Under the pieces are notes generated by a model. The model saw nothing but the letters and a program-made list of their open reading frames with translations, ran no database searches and was not told the origin of the DNA. Below, piece by piece: positions 1-12,700 of a stretch of 56,327 bases of DNA. The stretch's first letter is position 1; each line of letters opens with the position of its first letter. The position numbers were made by a program, and so were the translations under genes. The stretch is from an uncultured bacterium (lineage in GTDB: Bacteria; Lernaellota; Lernaellaia; Lernaellales; Lernaellaceae): NCBI GenBank assembly GCA_964534375.1, contig CAZHPN010000011.1, positions 1 to 56,327 on the forward strand, given 5' to 3'.

Positions 1-225
1 AAAAGACAAATCCCAAAACTTCAATCATTTGCAAGTCAACATGCCGGAGCCCTGCTCCCATGTGCAGCAACGATCCAGTGAAAATCTTGGCGCAGAAACA
101 AGAAATCGAGCGTTAGTAGCAAAGAGAAAGGGTCTGAACGGACATGCCAAAATCTCTGTGTGCTCCGTGTCTCTGTCGTTCAGAGTTAGGAACCCAAGTT
201 CCGCTCGCGCTGCGGCGAGGTTCGA

Positions 226-510
226 TCAATTTTCCGGTGTCGTCAATCTTGCGGCGCGGTCGAGCGGCTTCGCGGCCAGCACGAATTGCAGCCGCAGGCC
301 GACCCGCCAGAAAATCCAGGCGGCGGGGGCGAGGAGAATCGCGGTCCACGTTTTCTGCAGCGCGGCGGCGACCAGGCAGCCGACGCCGGCCGCAACGCCG
401 AGGAACTGCAAGCCTAGCCCGAGCGCCGGGCCGCCCCAGCGAATCAAAACGGCCAGCACGCCGATGCCGAGGGCGTCGAGCTTGCCGATGTGCACGCGTT
501 TGACGCTCAT
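226..510 (-). CDS. small membrane protein (about 2-3 TM), hypothetical
   Basis: 94-aa hydrophobic ORF; its ATG lies 3 nt after the stop of the upstream gene on the same strand. Confidence 0.6.
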   Translation of the reverse strand: MSVKRVHIGKLDALGIGVLAVLIRWGGPALGLGLQFLGVAAGVGCLVAAALQKTWTAILLAPAAWIFWRVGLRLQFVLAAKPLDRAARLTTPEN

Positions 511-513
511 GGC

Positions 514-2394
514 TCAGCCGCAGCCGCAACCGCCGCGGGGGCCGGCGGTGGCTCCGTGGTGATCGTCGTCGTTGTTGTCGTTGTCGTCATTGTCGTTGTC
601 GTTGTTGTCGTTATCGTCGTCATCCGCCGTCGCCGTGCAGTCGAGCTTGAACGCGATGTCGCGGCTGAATGGCGGCAACGACAAAGTTACCTCCCCGGGA
701 CCCTGCGCCAACGAACCGGAGACCGCGGCGCCCGTCCAGGAATTCACCGTCGAGTACGTGCAAGAGCCGCCGGACCAGTTCTTGGCGATCGTCACGCCCA
801 GCCCGCTGACCGTCGGCGGGGCCGTCGCGCCGGCGTACCAATCGCTGCGCCGGTCCCACACCCAGCCCAGCACGCGGAAACCGGCGCCGGCGCGGGCGAC
901 CAGGCCGAGCGCCAGAAACGGCCAGCCGGGGGCGCTGCACGCGAACTCCGCCGTCTCGCGGAACGACGCCATGTCTTCGCCGGCGAGAAAGTCGGCCGCG
1001 GGCCGGTTGAGGTCCCACAGGTTGTTGGGGCCGACATAGGTGTCCCACCACCAGCTCATTGCGCCGCCGCCGTAACCGGACATCAGCGCCGTCCAGACCG
1101 CATTGTGGATATTGATCCCCAGCGGGTCGTCCTTATTGAAATCTCCCTCCGGGTCGATGCCGAATTCCGCCAGGATCACGGGCCGATCGGCATTGTGATA
1201 ATTCGCCATCTGGAACCCGATCAGTTCCTCGCCCAGCACATATTGATGGCGGCTGTTGAAATCGAACGCGGTGAGGTCGAAATACGGGAAGACGATCGGC
1301 GAGGCGTAGCTCGTCGAGATCAAATGCGCGGCCGGGTCGAGTTCGCGCAGATCGGCGGCGGCGTTGCGCTCCCATTGGTCGGTGACCGACGCCTGCACGC
1401 CCAGAATGCCGTCGACCTCGTTGAACAACTCCCACGCCATGATGCTGCGGTAGGCTGCGTAACGCGCGACGATGTAGCGGTGCAGCTTGGCTTCGTACGC
1501 CAGCGCGTCGGCGTTGGTGAAGTAGTCGGCGCTGGTTGCGCACGGCCCGCCGTTAGCCGCGTTGTAGGGGTTGTCCGACCACGACGACCACTGTGCGCAT
1601 TGGAATTGCGAGTGCTGGTGCAGGGCGACCTCGACGTACAAACCCTTTTGCGCGGCGTAGGCGAACAGCGCGTCGAGTTTCGTGCCGATTTGCTGGGCGT
1701 ACCATCCGAGACCCTGGAAATAGCCGGTCGACTGATCCTTATTCCATTCGAGAATCGTCGCCTGCCCGAACGCGCTCATCCAGAGCCGCGTCCAATTGCC
1801 GCCGCCCGCGGCGAGCGAATCGTAATACGCCATGAGCGAATAGTCGCCGGAGTTGTCGTCGGTCCAGCAAACGTCGAAGCCGAGCGGGACATAATCGGCG
1901 CCGTCGTCGAACACGAAATACCGCGTATTTTCCGAATTGACGCGCACGAAGCCGTGGCTCGGCCCGGCGACGGCGGTGAATTCGATTTCTTCGGACGCCG
2001 CCTGCTCGCTGCCGGCCTGGGCCGTGAAGTGCACGGAATACGCCCCGACTGCGCGCGGCGCGAAGCGAAATTTCCACAGCCCGGGCCCGCTCGGCGTGAA
2101 GACCTCCGTGCCTTGGACGAGTGAACGCGAGTAGGGTTCGAACCAGAACACGTCGACCTCGCGGGTCGTCTGGTCGGGCAGCGTCACGACGGCCCGAACG
2201 TCGATTTGGTCCGTGTCGTACGGGTTGTCGAACGTCGCGTCCAGTTGCGCGTCGATCTCGTAGGGCTCGTAGGTCGGCGTCGGCGTTGCGCTTGGCGTAA
2301 CGGACGTGAACTGCAACGCCTGCGCCGGCGCCGCCCAAAGCACAAGCAGTACGAACCAGCCGAGTCGTCTCGGGAGTTGACGAACGAAGCTCAC
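514..2394 (-). CDS. secreted glycoside hydrolase (DUF5060-like Ig domain + GH5-like TIM barrel) with Asp-rich tail ending GGCGCG
   Basis: Signal peptide WFVLLVLWAAPAQA; FDNPYD..IDV, WKFRFAP..G; clan-A motifs AWELFNE and PVILAEFG; GTG start chosen at 2394. Confidence 0.8.
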   Translation of the reverse strand: MSFVRQLPRRLGWFVLLVLWAAPAQALQFTSVTPSATPTPTYEPYEIDAQLDATFDNPYDTDQIDVRAVVTLPDQTTREVDVFWFEPYSRSLVQGTEVFTPSGPGLWKFRFAPRAVGAYSVHFTAQAGSEQAASEEIEFTAVAGPSHGFVRVNSENTRYFVFDDGADYVPLGFDVCWTDDNSGDYSLMAYYDSLAAGGGNWTRLWMSAFGQATILEWNKDQSTGYFQGLGWYAQQIGTKLDALFAYAAQKGLYVEVALHQHSQFQCAQWSSWSDNPYNAANGGPCATSADYFTNADALAYEAKLHRYIVARYAAYRSIMAWELFNEVDGILGVQASVTDQWERNAAADLRELDPAAHLISTSYASPIVFPYFDLTAFDFNSRHQYVLGEELIGFQMANYHNADRPVILAEFGIDPEGDFNKDDPLGINIHNAVWTALMSGYGGGAMSWWWDTYVGPNNLWDLNRPAADFLAGEDMASFRETAEFACSAPGWPFLALGLVARAGAGFRVLGWVWDRRSDWYAGATAPPTVSGLGVTIAKNWSGGSCTYSTVNSWTGAAVSGSLAQGPGEVTLSLPPFSRDIAFKLDCTATADDDDNDNNDNDNDDNDNNDDDHHGATAGPRGGCGCG

Positions 2395-2502
2395 CAACGA
2401 TAAACCCTGTCTGCCCCGCGATTGCGCCGGGTTTGTTTTCGCACGAATGATAACCGACGAGACGGCGGCCGGTCCAGCGGCCGACGCCGCAAAGGGAATC
2501 CA

Positions 2503-3216
2503 TTGGCGACCGACCCCAACAAATCGCCCAAGCCGCCCGCCGACGTTCGCCGGTTGTTCGACGAACTGGCGGGGCGTTACGAATTCGTCAATCGCCTGTT
2601 TGCGCTCGGCATTGACGCTTGGTGGCGTTGGCAGACGGCGCGGCGGCTGGCGCCGCGCGAGCCGGGGCCGCTGTTCGACGGCGCCACCGGCAGCGCGCAA
2701 CTGGCGATTGCGCTGGCGCGTCGGCATCCGCAACGCGAGGTGGTCGGCCTCGATTTTTCGCCGGGCATGTTGGCGATCGGCCGGACGCAGGTCGCGCGGG
2801 CCGGGCTCGCGAGCCGCATCCGCCTTGTCGAAGGCGACCTGACCCGCCTGCCGCTCGCCGACGGCGCCTTCGCCGGCGCGACCGCCGCCTTCGGCGTGCG
2901 CAACGTCGCCGACCGTCGGCAGTGCCTGCGCGAACTGCGCCGCATCCTGCACCCCGGCGGCCGGCTGGCGCTGCTCGAATTTGCGCTGCCGACGCTGCCG
3001 CTCATCGCGCCGCTCTATCGCTGGTATTTCAGCACGGTCATGCCGTTCGTCGCCCGGCGCTTTCGCGTGGCGGACACCTACCGCTACCTCTTCGAATCGG
3101 TCGAGGCCTTCCCGCCGCCGAACGATTTTCTGCAAATGCTGCGCGAGGCGGGGTTCGCGAATTGCAGCGCGACGCCGATGACGCTGGGCACGGTCGTGCT
3201 CTACGTTGCCGAGTGA
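2503..3216 (+). CDS. ubiE: ubiquinone/menaquinone biosynthesis C-methyltransferase (UbiE/MenG)
   Basis: VRRLFDELAGRYEFVN..LGID..WR, DGATGS, GLDFSPGML, AFGVRNV, LHPGGRLALLEF, YRYLFESVEAFP; TTG start after AGGGA. Confidence 0.9.
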   Translation: MATDPNKSPKPPADVRRLFDELAGRYEFVNRLFALGIDAWWRWQTARRLAPREPGPLFDGATGSAQLAIALARRHPQREVVGLDFSPGMLAIGRTQVARAGLASRIRLVEGDLTRLPLADGAFAGATAAFGVRNVADRRQCLRELRRILHPGGRLALLEFALPTLPLIAPLYRWYFSTVMPFVARRFRVADTYRYLFESVEAFPPPNDFLQMLREAGFANCSATPMTLGTVVLYVAE

Positions 3217-3318
3217 ACAAGGAAAAAGAAAAAAGGAAGAATGGTGGGGCGACGACGGCCGGCAATTTGACCCGCGTTCATCTGCCTCGGCCGGTAACGA
3301 TCACGCAGGGCCCGTGCG

Positions 3319-3385
3319 ACTTATCAGACTTATGGGCACAGTCCCAGAACTCCCATAGATCCCAGGCCTCCCATGATTCCCACAG
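3319..3385. repeat. degenerate ~9-nt tandem repeats (gacttatca / tcccaNNNN)
   Basis: gacttatcagacttatggg...tcccagaactcccatagatcccaggcctcccatgattcccaca between convergent genes. Confidence 0.5.
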
Positions 3386-3451
3386 CTTCCCGCCAGACGA
3401 GGCGCGTCACGACGCCGACCGCGACTTTTTCCTTTTTCCTTGTTCCTTCTC

Positions 3452-5851
<2,400 letters not shown>

Positions 5852-5896
5852 CCTGCAAACAGGTTCGGCGTTTTGTAGCATAGACGGCGCGGGATC

Positions 5897-6115
5897 GGAA
5901 GTCAGAAGTCAGGAGTCAGGAGTCAGAAGTCAGAAGTCAGAAGCCGGACGCTGGAAGTCAGAGTTGGGGCGGCGGCCGGAACGCAGCGCCGAGGCAGCTT
6001 ATGGGAAAAGGGGAACCGGAGTTGGTGGGGTTACGGTCGCTTTCATGCGGGCTTGGTGCGAAGCCCGACTCGGCTGGCGCCAAATTCTGACTTCTGACTT
6101 CCGACTTCTGACTCC
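5897..6115. repeat. inverted heptamer-repeat element (GRAGTCA)n ... (TGACTTC)n
   Basis: About 7 GAAGTCA/GGAGTCA units at 5898-5960 and the reverse-complement run at 6085-6115. Confidence 0.85.
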
Positions 6116-6121
6116 CCGCTC

Positions 6122-7792
6122 TCACACTTCCATTAGCACGGGAATCACAATCGGCCGGCGGCCGATGCGTTTCGAGAACAGCCGCCGCACGACGCGGGCC
6201 AACTCGTTGCGCGCCAATTCCGCGTCAAACGGCTTGGTCGCGGCGATGGTCTTCATCGTCACCAACACGAGCTGCTTGGCCTCTTCGAGCAATTCCGCGT
6301 ACTCGGGTTCGTAGACCAGGCCCTTGCTTTTGAAGTACGGCCCGGACACCACGCCGCCGTCGCGGTGCGCCACGGCGCAGGTGATCGCGCCGTCTTCCGA
6401 CATCAGCCGGCGGTCGGTCAGCACGATGTTGCCGACATCGCCGACGCCCAGGCCGTCGACGTACACGCGGCCGCACGGCGCGCGGCCGTTGAGCCGGGCG
6501 ACGCCGCCGTGCAGGTACATCACGTCGCCGTCTTCCAAGACCAGAATGTTTTGTTCGGCGACGCCCATGCTCTTGGCGAGCTTGGCGTGCTGCACCAGGT
6601 GCCGGTATTCGCCGTGGATCGGCACAAAATGCTTCGGCTTGATCAACCGCAGCAGGACCTTCAACTCTTCCTGGTGGGCGTGGCCGCTGGTGTGGATTTT
6701 GCTGATGGTTTCGTAGATGACTTCGGCGCCGCGGCGGTACAATTCGTTGATGATGTTCGTCACGGCGCGTTCGTTGCCGGGGATGATCTTCGACGACAGA
6801 ATCACCGTGTCGCCCGGTTCGATCTCGAGTTGCTTGTGGTTGTTGCCGGCGATGCGGTTGAGCACGCTCATCGGTTCGCCCTGGCTGCCGGTGCAGACAA
6901 TCACCGCTTTGCGCCGGTCGACCGCATCGAGTTCGCTCAGCTCCATCAGTTGATCGTCGCGGATCTTCAGCGCGCCGAGGCTGCGGCCGATGCGGAAACT
7001 CTCGACGATGCTGCGGCCGTTGAGCGCGACGCGCCGGCCGAATCGCGCGGCAATGTCGAAAATCTGCTGCACGCGCTGCAGGTTGCTGGCGAACAGCGTC
7101 ACAAAAATGCGGCTTTGGCAGTTGTGAAAGGCGTTTTCCAACTCCAGCGAAATGTCGCGTTCGCTGATCGTGTAACCCGTCCGCTCGATGTTGGTGGAAT
7201 CGGACATCAGACAGGCCACGCCGCGTTCGCCGAGTTCCGCGAAACGCGTCAGGTCGGTCGTCTCGCCGTCGAACGGCGTGTGATCGATCTTGAAGTCGCC
7301 GGTGTGAATGATCACGCCCTGCGGCGTGTCGATGGCCAGCGCGAAGCCGCCGTGGATCGAATGGCTGACCTGGACGAACTCCACGTTGAACGGCCCGTAT
7401 TGGCGCTTGTCGCCGTAGCTCACGGTTTCCAGGCTGGGCGGTGCGCCGTTGACGCGTTTTTCGAGCAGGTCGTTTTCGAGAAAGGCCAGGGTCATTCGCG
7501 AGCCGACGATCCGCGGCCGATGGCGGCGCAGCAGGTAGGGCACGGCGCCGATGTGGTCCTCGTGCGCATGGGTCAGCACCAGGGCCTCGATGTCTTCCGA
7601 GCGGCCGTCGAGGAACGAGAAATCGGGGATGACGACGTCGACGCCGAGCATGAAATCTTCGGGGAACATCAGGCCGCAGTCGATGATCAGCAGCCGGCCC
7701 TGGCACTCGAGCGCCATCATGTTCAGCCCGATTTCCCCGAGCCCGCCGAGGGGGATGATTTTCAAAGTGTTGGGGTCATTGAGCGGGGTCAT
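6122..7792 (-). CDS. rnj: ribonuclease J
   Basis: IIPLGGLGEIGLNM, LTHAHEDHIGA, HTGDFKID, TGSQGEP, HTSGHA, PIHGEYRH. Confidence 0.97.
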   Translation of the reverse strand: MTPLNDPNTLKIIPLGGLGEIGLNMMALECQGRLLIIDCGLMFPEDFMLGVDVVIPDFSFLDGRSEDIEALVLTHAHEDHIGAVPYLLRRHRPRIVGSRMTLAFLENDLLEKRVNGAPPSLETVSYGDKRQYGPFNVEFVQVSHSIHGGFALAIDTPQGVIIHTGDFKIDHTPFDGETTDLTRFAELGERGVACLMSDSTNIERTGYTISERDISLELENAFHNCQSRIFVTLFASNLQRVQQIFDIAARFGRRVALNGRSIVESFRIGRSLGALKIRDDQLMELSELDAVDRRKAVIVCTGSQGEPMSVLNRIAGNNHKQLEIEPGDTVILSSKIIPGNERAVTNIINELYRRGAEVIYETISKIHTSGHAHQEELKVLLRLIKPKHFVPIHGEYRHLVQHAKLAKSMGVAEQNILVLEDGDVMYLHGGVARLNGRAPCGRVYVDGLGVGDVGNIVLTDRRLMSEDGAITCAVAHRDGGVVSGPYFKSKGLVYEPEYAELLEEAKQLVLVTMKTIAATKPFDAELARNELARVVRRLFSKRIGRRPIVIPVLMEV

Positions 7793-8525
7793 GATCGATC
7801 AACTCCTCGACCGCGCGCCACGTCTGCGTCAACAAACGGTTGCGATCCTCGTACGTGGCGCCCGCCGTCGGGATGGGCTTGCCGATGCGGATCTCGATCG
7901 TTCCGGGCCGCGGGGCGAGATCCCCGATGCCGTGCAGCCGGGCCGAGCCGACGATCCCTATCGGAACGATAGGGATTTGCAGTTGCGCCGCAAGCACGAA
8001 CGCGCCTTTCTTCCACTCCCCCATGCGTCCGTCCGCGGCCCGCCGTCCTCCCGGGAAAATGAAAATGTTTTTTCCTTCGCTGACTTTCTTCGCCAATGCG
8101 GCAAAGCTGTCTTTATGACTCATCTTCTTCTTGCGGTCGATATAGACGTGGTCGAGGCTGTAAAAGCAGAGCCCGAAGACCGGCGTCCAGATCAGCGTTT
8201 TCTTCGCGAGAAACCGCAACGGCGCGGGAAAGTCGTCGTACAACGCGAGCACATCCAGATAGCTCGCATGGTTGGAAACGCACAGGTAAGGGCCGCCCGT
8301 GCGGACATTCTCGGCGCCGAAAACGCGCACTTTGATGCCAAGGATCAACTTCCACAGGCCGGTCCACAGGCGGCCGATGGCGTTCACGCGGTTGCGGACC
8401 GGATCGAAGGGCGCAACGATCAGGATGGCCGTCCATAGAAATAATGACCAGATAAACGCGGCCACGATCGCGACCGCAAAGCGCACAACGCGCATCCAGG
8501 GGCCCTCCGCCCGCCATTTCCGCAA
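7776..8525 (-). CDS. plsC: 1-acyl-sn-glycerol-3-phosphate acyltransferase
   Basis: NHASYLD (HX4D), FLAKK, YIDR, IFPGGRR, KKGAF; start may be the ATG at 8495. Confidence 0.9.
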   Translation of the reverse strand: MRKWRAEGPWMRVVRFAVAIVAAFIWSLFLWTAILIVAPFDPVRNRVNAIGRLWTGLWKLILGIKVRVFGAENVRTGGPYLCVSNHASYLDVLALYDDFPAPLRFLAKKTLIWTPVFGLCFYSLDHVYIDRKKKMSHKDSFAALAKKVSEGKNIFIFPGGRRAADGRMGEWKKGAFVLAAQLQIPIVPIGIVGSARLHGIGDLAPRPGTIEIRIGKPIPTAGATYEDRNRLLTQTWRAVEELIDHDPAQ

Positions 8526-8636
8526 TTTTTACCGCTTAATGAGGCGCAAGGTCAAACCTTATTGACGAAACGTCGGAAATTTCGCAATACTCACGCGGCA
8601 GTCGAGAAAATGAATCTTCTGGTTTGGAGGTATGCA

Positions 8637-9608
8637 ATGGCTTCGCCCCGGGAAGCGCCGGATCTGATCGGGCACAGCAAGCCGATGCTGGAAGTCCAGC
8701 AGTTGATCGACCGCGTTGCGCCGTTCAAGTCGACGGTCTTGATCAGCGGCGAAAGCGGCACGGGCAAGGAGGTGATCGCCCGGGCGATCCACGTCAAGAG
8801 CCCCCGCGCCGCGGCGCCGTTCGTCGCCGTGAACTGCGGCGCTATTCCGGAAAATCTGATCGAAGCGGAATTGTTCGGGCACATCAAGGGCGCGTACACC
8901 GGCGCCGTGTCCGGCGGCGAAGGATATTTCGAGAAAGCGCAACGGGGCACGCTGCTGCTCGACGAAATCGGCGATTTGCCGCTTTCGCTGCAGGTGAAAA
9001 TTCTGCGCGCCATTCAGGAAGAAGAGATCATGCGCGTCGGCGACCGCCGACCGATCAAGCTGGATATCCGGATCATCGCCGCGACCAACCGCGATCTCGA
9101 ACAGGAAGTGCAGGACGGCCGATTCCGCGCCGACCTGTACTACCGGCTCAACGTCGTGCACATCAACGCGCCGGCGTTGCGCGACCGGATCGACGACCTG
9201 CCGCTGCTGGTCGCCCATTTCGTCAAGACGACCGGCGTGCGGATTGGCCGGGGCGCCGACGAGGTCTCGCAAGAAGCCCTCGGCATGATGCGCAATTACG
9301 AGTGGCCCGGCAACATTCGCGAACTGGAAAACGTCATCGAACAGACGATGTTGATGATGGGCGACGACAAGGTCATCCTCCCCGGCCACCTGCCGCTGTC
9401 GTTGGAAAAACGCGGCGCGGAAAAACGGCGGCGCTTGCGCGAAGAGGCTCTCGACCGCATGTTGTCTCTCGAAGAGTACGCACGCGAATTCGTGGTGCGT
9501 TTTCAGGAAAAGCATACCGAAAAGGAATTGGCCGCATATCTCGGCATCGCGCCCAAGACGCTCTGGGAGAAGCGGAAGAAATGGGGTCTGGCGCGAACGC
9601 GGCGGTAA
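8637..9608 (+). CDS. sigma-54-dependent transcriptional activator (AAA+ and HTH, no N-terminal sensor)
   Basis: GESGTGKE, AELFGHIKGAYTGA, LLLDEIG, FRADLYYRLNV, WPGNIRELEN, C-terminal HTH; ATG after GGAGG. Confidence 0.93.
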   Translation: MASPREAPDLIGHSKPMLEVQQLIDRVAPFKSTVLISGESGTGKEVIARAIHVKSPRAAAPFVAVNCGAIPENLIEAELFGHIKGAYTGAVSGGEGYFEKAQRGTLLLDEIGDLPLSLQVKILRAIQEEEIMRVGDRRPIKLDIRIIAATNRDLEQEVQDGRFRADLYYRLNVVHINAPALRDRIDDLPLLVAHFVKTTGVRIGRGADEVSQEALGMMRNYEWPGNIRELENVIEQTMLMMGDDKVILPGHLPLSLEKRGAEKRRRLREEALDRMLSLEEYAREFVVRFQEKHTEKELAAYLGIAPKTLWEKRKKWGLARTRR

Positions 9609-9713
9609 GGCGATCGCGGTTTGCGGACAGCGACCCGATCCGCGCCGGTCGCGGCGGGGGCGGGACTTGTCGCCGGCCGGCGAAAGTCGGGGGAAATGCG
9701 GGATTAGGCTGAT

Positions 9714-12700
9714 TTGAAACGGCAACGCAAAATTTTGATCACCTGCGCCGCGCAGAACGCGGCGCTGGCCGCCATTCGCAGCCTGCACGCCGCCGGCTGG
9801 CGCGTCGCGGCGTTGGCCGACGACGCGCGGGCAATGGGTCTGGCGAGCCGTGCGGCGGACGAAAAACTGCATCTGCCGCATCCGCCCGCGGACGAGCCCA
9901 AAGCGTACGCCGCCGCGGTGGTGGATTATCTGACGAGGTACCCGGCCGACGTGTTGTTGCCCGTCACCGACGCGGCGATCTTCGCCTTGCTGCCGGTGCG
10001 CGACAAAATCGAAGCGCTGACCGCCGTGCCCTGGCCGGCGACCGATTCGTTGCAGGCCGCCGCCGACAAAACCGCCACGTTCGCCCTGGCGCGGGAACTG
10101 GGCGTCGCGACGCCGCCGCTGGCGGTCGTCGAGCACGACGGCCCGTTGCCGGCCGACCTGGTGTTTCCGCTGGTCGTCAAGCCGCGCGCCAGCCTGGTCG
10201 CGGGCCGCAAGATTCCGGTGACGTACGCCGCCGACCGCGCGGAACTCGCCGCCGCCCTTGACGCCGTGCCGGCCGCGGCGTTCCCGGTGACGTTGCAACA
10301 GCGGATCGTCGGCCCCGGCGAAGGCTATTTCGGCGTCTGGCGGCGCGGCGCGCCGGTCGTCGAGTTCGCCCATCGCCGGCTGCGCGAGACGCCGCCGTCC
10401 GGCGGGGTCAGCACGCTGCGCGAAGCGATCCCGCTGCCCGACGACCTGCGCGACGCGGCGCGGCGTCTGCTGGCGCACTGGCATTGGCACGGCCCGGCGA
10501 TGGTCGAGTTCAAACGCGACGCGGCGGGCCGGCCGTATTTGATGGAGGTCAACGGCCGGCTGTGGGGCAGCCTGCAATTGGCGATCGACGCCGGCGTCGA
10601 CGTGCCGCTGGCCAGCGCCCTGGTCGCGCTCGACGAACCCGTGCCGCCGATGACCGTGCGTCCCAGCGTGCGCACCCGCTGGCTGCTGGGCGATCTCGAC
10701 GCGCTGCTGGCGCGGCTGCGGAAAAGCGATCGCGCCCTGCGCCTGCCGCCCGGCGCGCCGGGCCGCGCGCGGCAATTCGCCGATTTTTGCCTGGATTTCA
10801 TCCGGCCCGCGGTGCGGCCCGAGACCTTCCGCTGGAACGATCCGCGGCCGTTCTTCGCGGAATGCCGCGCCTGGCTGCGCAACCGCGGCGGCGGCATCGC
10901 CAAGCGGCTGGGGCGCGGCGGCGCCGTGAAAATGCTCGTGCACATGCACTCGACGATCAGCTACGACGGCGAACTCACCGTCGAGGACCTGGGCCTATTG
11001 ATGCGGCGCAACAACGTCGCCGTCTGCTGCCTGACCGAGCATTCGCGGTTTCTGACCGAGCCCGATATGCAGCGGCTGATCGCGGAATGCGCCGCGCACA
11101 GCGACCGCCGCCTGCTGCTCGTGCCGGGCGTCGAATACGACGTGGCCGGCGGGCATCACGTGCTGGGGCTCGGCGTGGCGAAGCCCATGCCGTTCGACGA
11201 TCCGGCGCGGGTGTGCAACGCCATTCGCGAGGCCGGCGGCCTGGCGGTTCTTGCGCATCCGGAGCCGGGCGAGCTGATAAACGATCCGGCGCTGGCGCAG
11301 GCGGTCGACGGCGTCGAGGTCTGGAACACGATGCACAACGGCAACTACCTGCCGAGCGCCGACGCCCTCGACCAACTGCGGCGCGCGCAGCGGAAGCGGC
11401 CGGACCTGTTCGCGCTGCACGGCATCGATTTTCATTTCGTCGACAATCTGCACAATTCGCATGTCGAACTGCGTGCGAACGGCGCGGAATTGACGTGGCC
11501 GAACATCGTCGCCGCGCTCCGGGCCGGCCGTTATCGTCTGACCAACGGCTGGATCGCGGTTAGTTCGCACGGCGCCGGCCCCGCGACGACCGCCTTGTAC
11601 CGGCCGCTGCGCATGGCCCAGGAAATCGCCTCGAAGGTGAAACATACGATCCTCGGCCATCGCACGCCGGATTGCTGGGAGTTTCTCGCGTGCCGGCATG
11701 GCGACTGCTGCCCGGCGACGGTCGAGAAGGACGGCGGCGAGTTGTGCTGGCGCGTCGTCGGCACGTTCGCCGGCGTCGATCGGCGCGGCCCCTGCTGCAA
11801 TTTCATTCCCAATTGCCGCGAGTGCGAGTTCTATCGGTGGCGCAACGCTGACGTTTACAAAAACCCGCCGCTGCGCGTGCTGCATCTGATCGAAACCGCC
11901 AACCCCGGCGGCGCCGAATTGATGATGGTCAACCTCGCGGCGAACCTTGACCGCAAGCGCTTCACGAGCCACGCCTGCCTGATCAAACCGGGCTGGCTCG
12001 AACAGAAACTGCGGGAGAACGGCATCCCCGTCACCGTCCTGCCATTGGCGCGAAAGATGGACTGGCGCTTCGTCTGGCGGCTGGCGCGGATGGCGCGCCG
12101 CCGCCGTTACGACGTGCTGCACAGCCACGAATTCACAATGAACGTATACGTCTTTCTCGCCGGCCTGCTGGCGCGCCGGCCGACGGTCGCGACGGTGCAC
12201 GGCAACCTGGAGTACGTCCGCGGACGCTCGCGCCGGCGCTGGATCTATCAACTGTTGACCCGCCTCGCGGGGCCGATGATCGCCGTCAGCGGCGAGACCC
12301 AGCGGCTGCTGATCGAAGGTTTCGGCTTGCCGCCGCAGCATTTGCGCGTGATCCCCAACGGCGTCGAGTTGCCGGCGGCGGCGCCGACCCGCGAGACGAT
12401 CCGCCAGTGGCGGCGCGAGATGGGCCTGCCCGAAGACGCGGCGCTCGTCGGCATGATCGGCCGGTTGCAGCCCGTCAAAGGCCCCGACCTGATTGTTGCG
12501 GCGATGCCCCGCCTGATCGCCCGCCGCCCCGACGTCCACCTGGCGCTCGCGGGACAGGGCGACATGCGGCCGGCGTTGGAGGAAACCGTCCGTCGGCTGG
12601 GCCTCGAAAAATCCGTGACGTTCCTCGGCTACCGCGAAGACGTGCGTGAACGGCTCGCCGCCTTCGACGTGATCGTCGCCCCGAGCCGCAACGAAGGCCT

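Noticed and set aside
9609..9713. Sigma-54 promoter for the glycan genes
   Set aside because: The best GG...TTGC candidate has 12 rather than 10 nt between GG and GC
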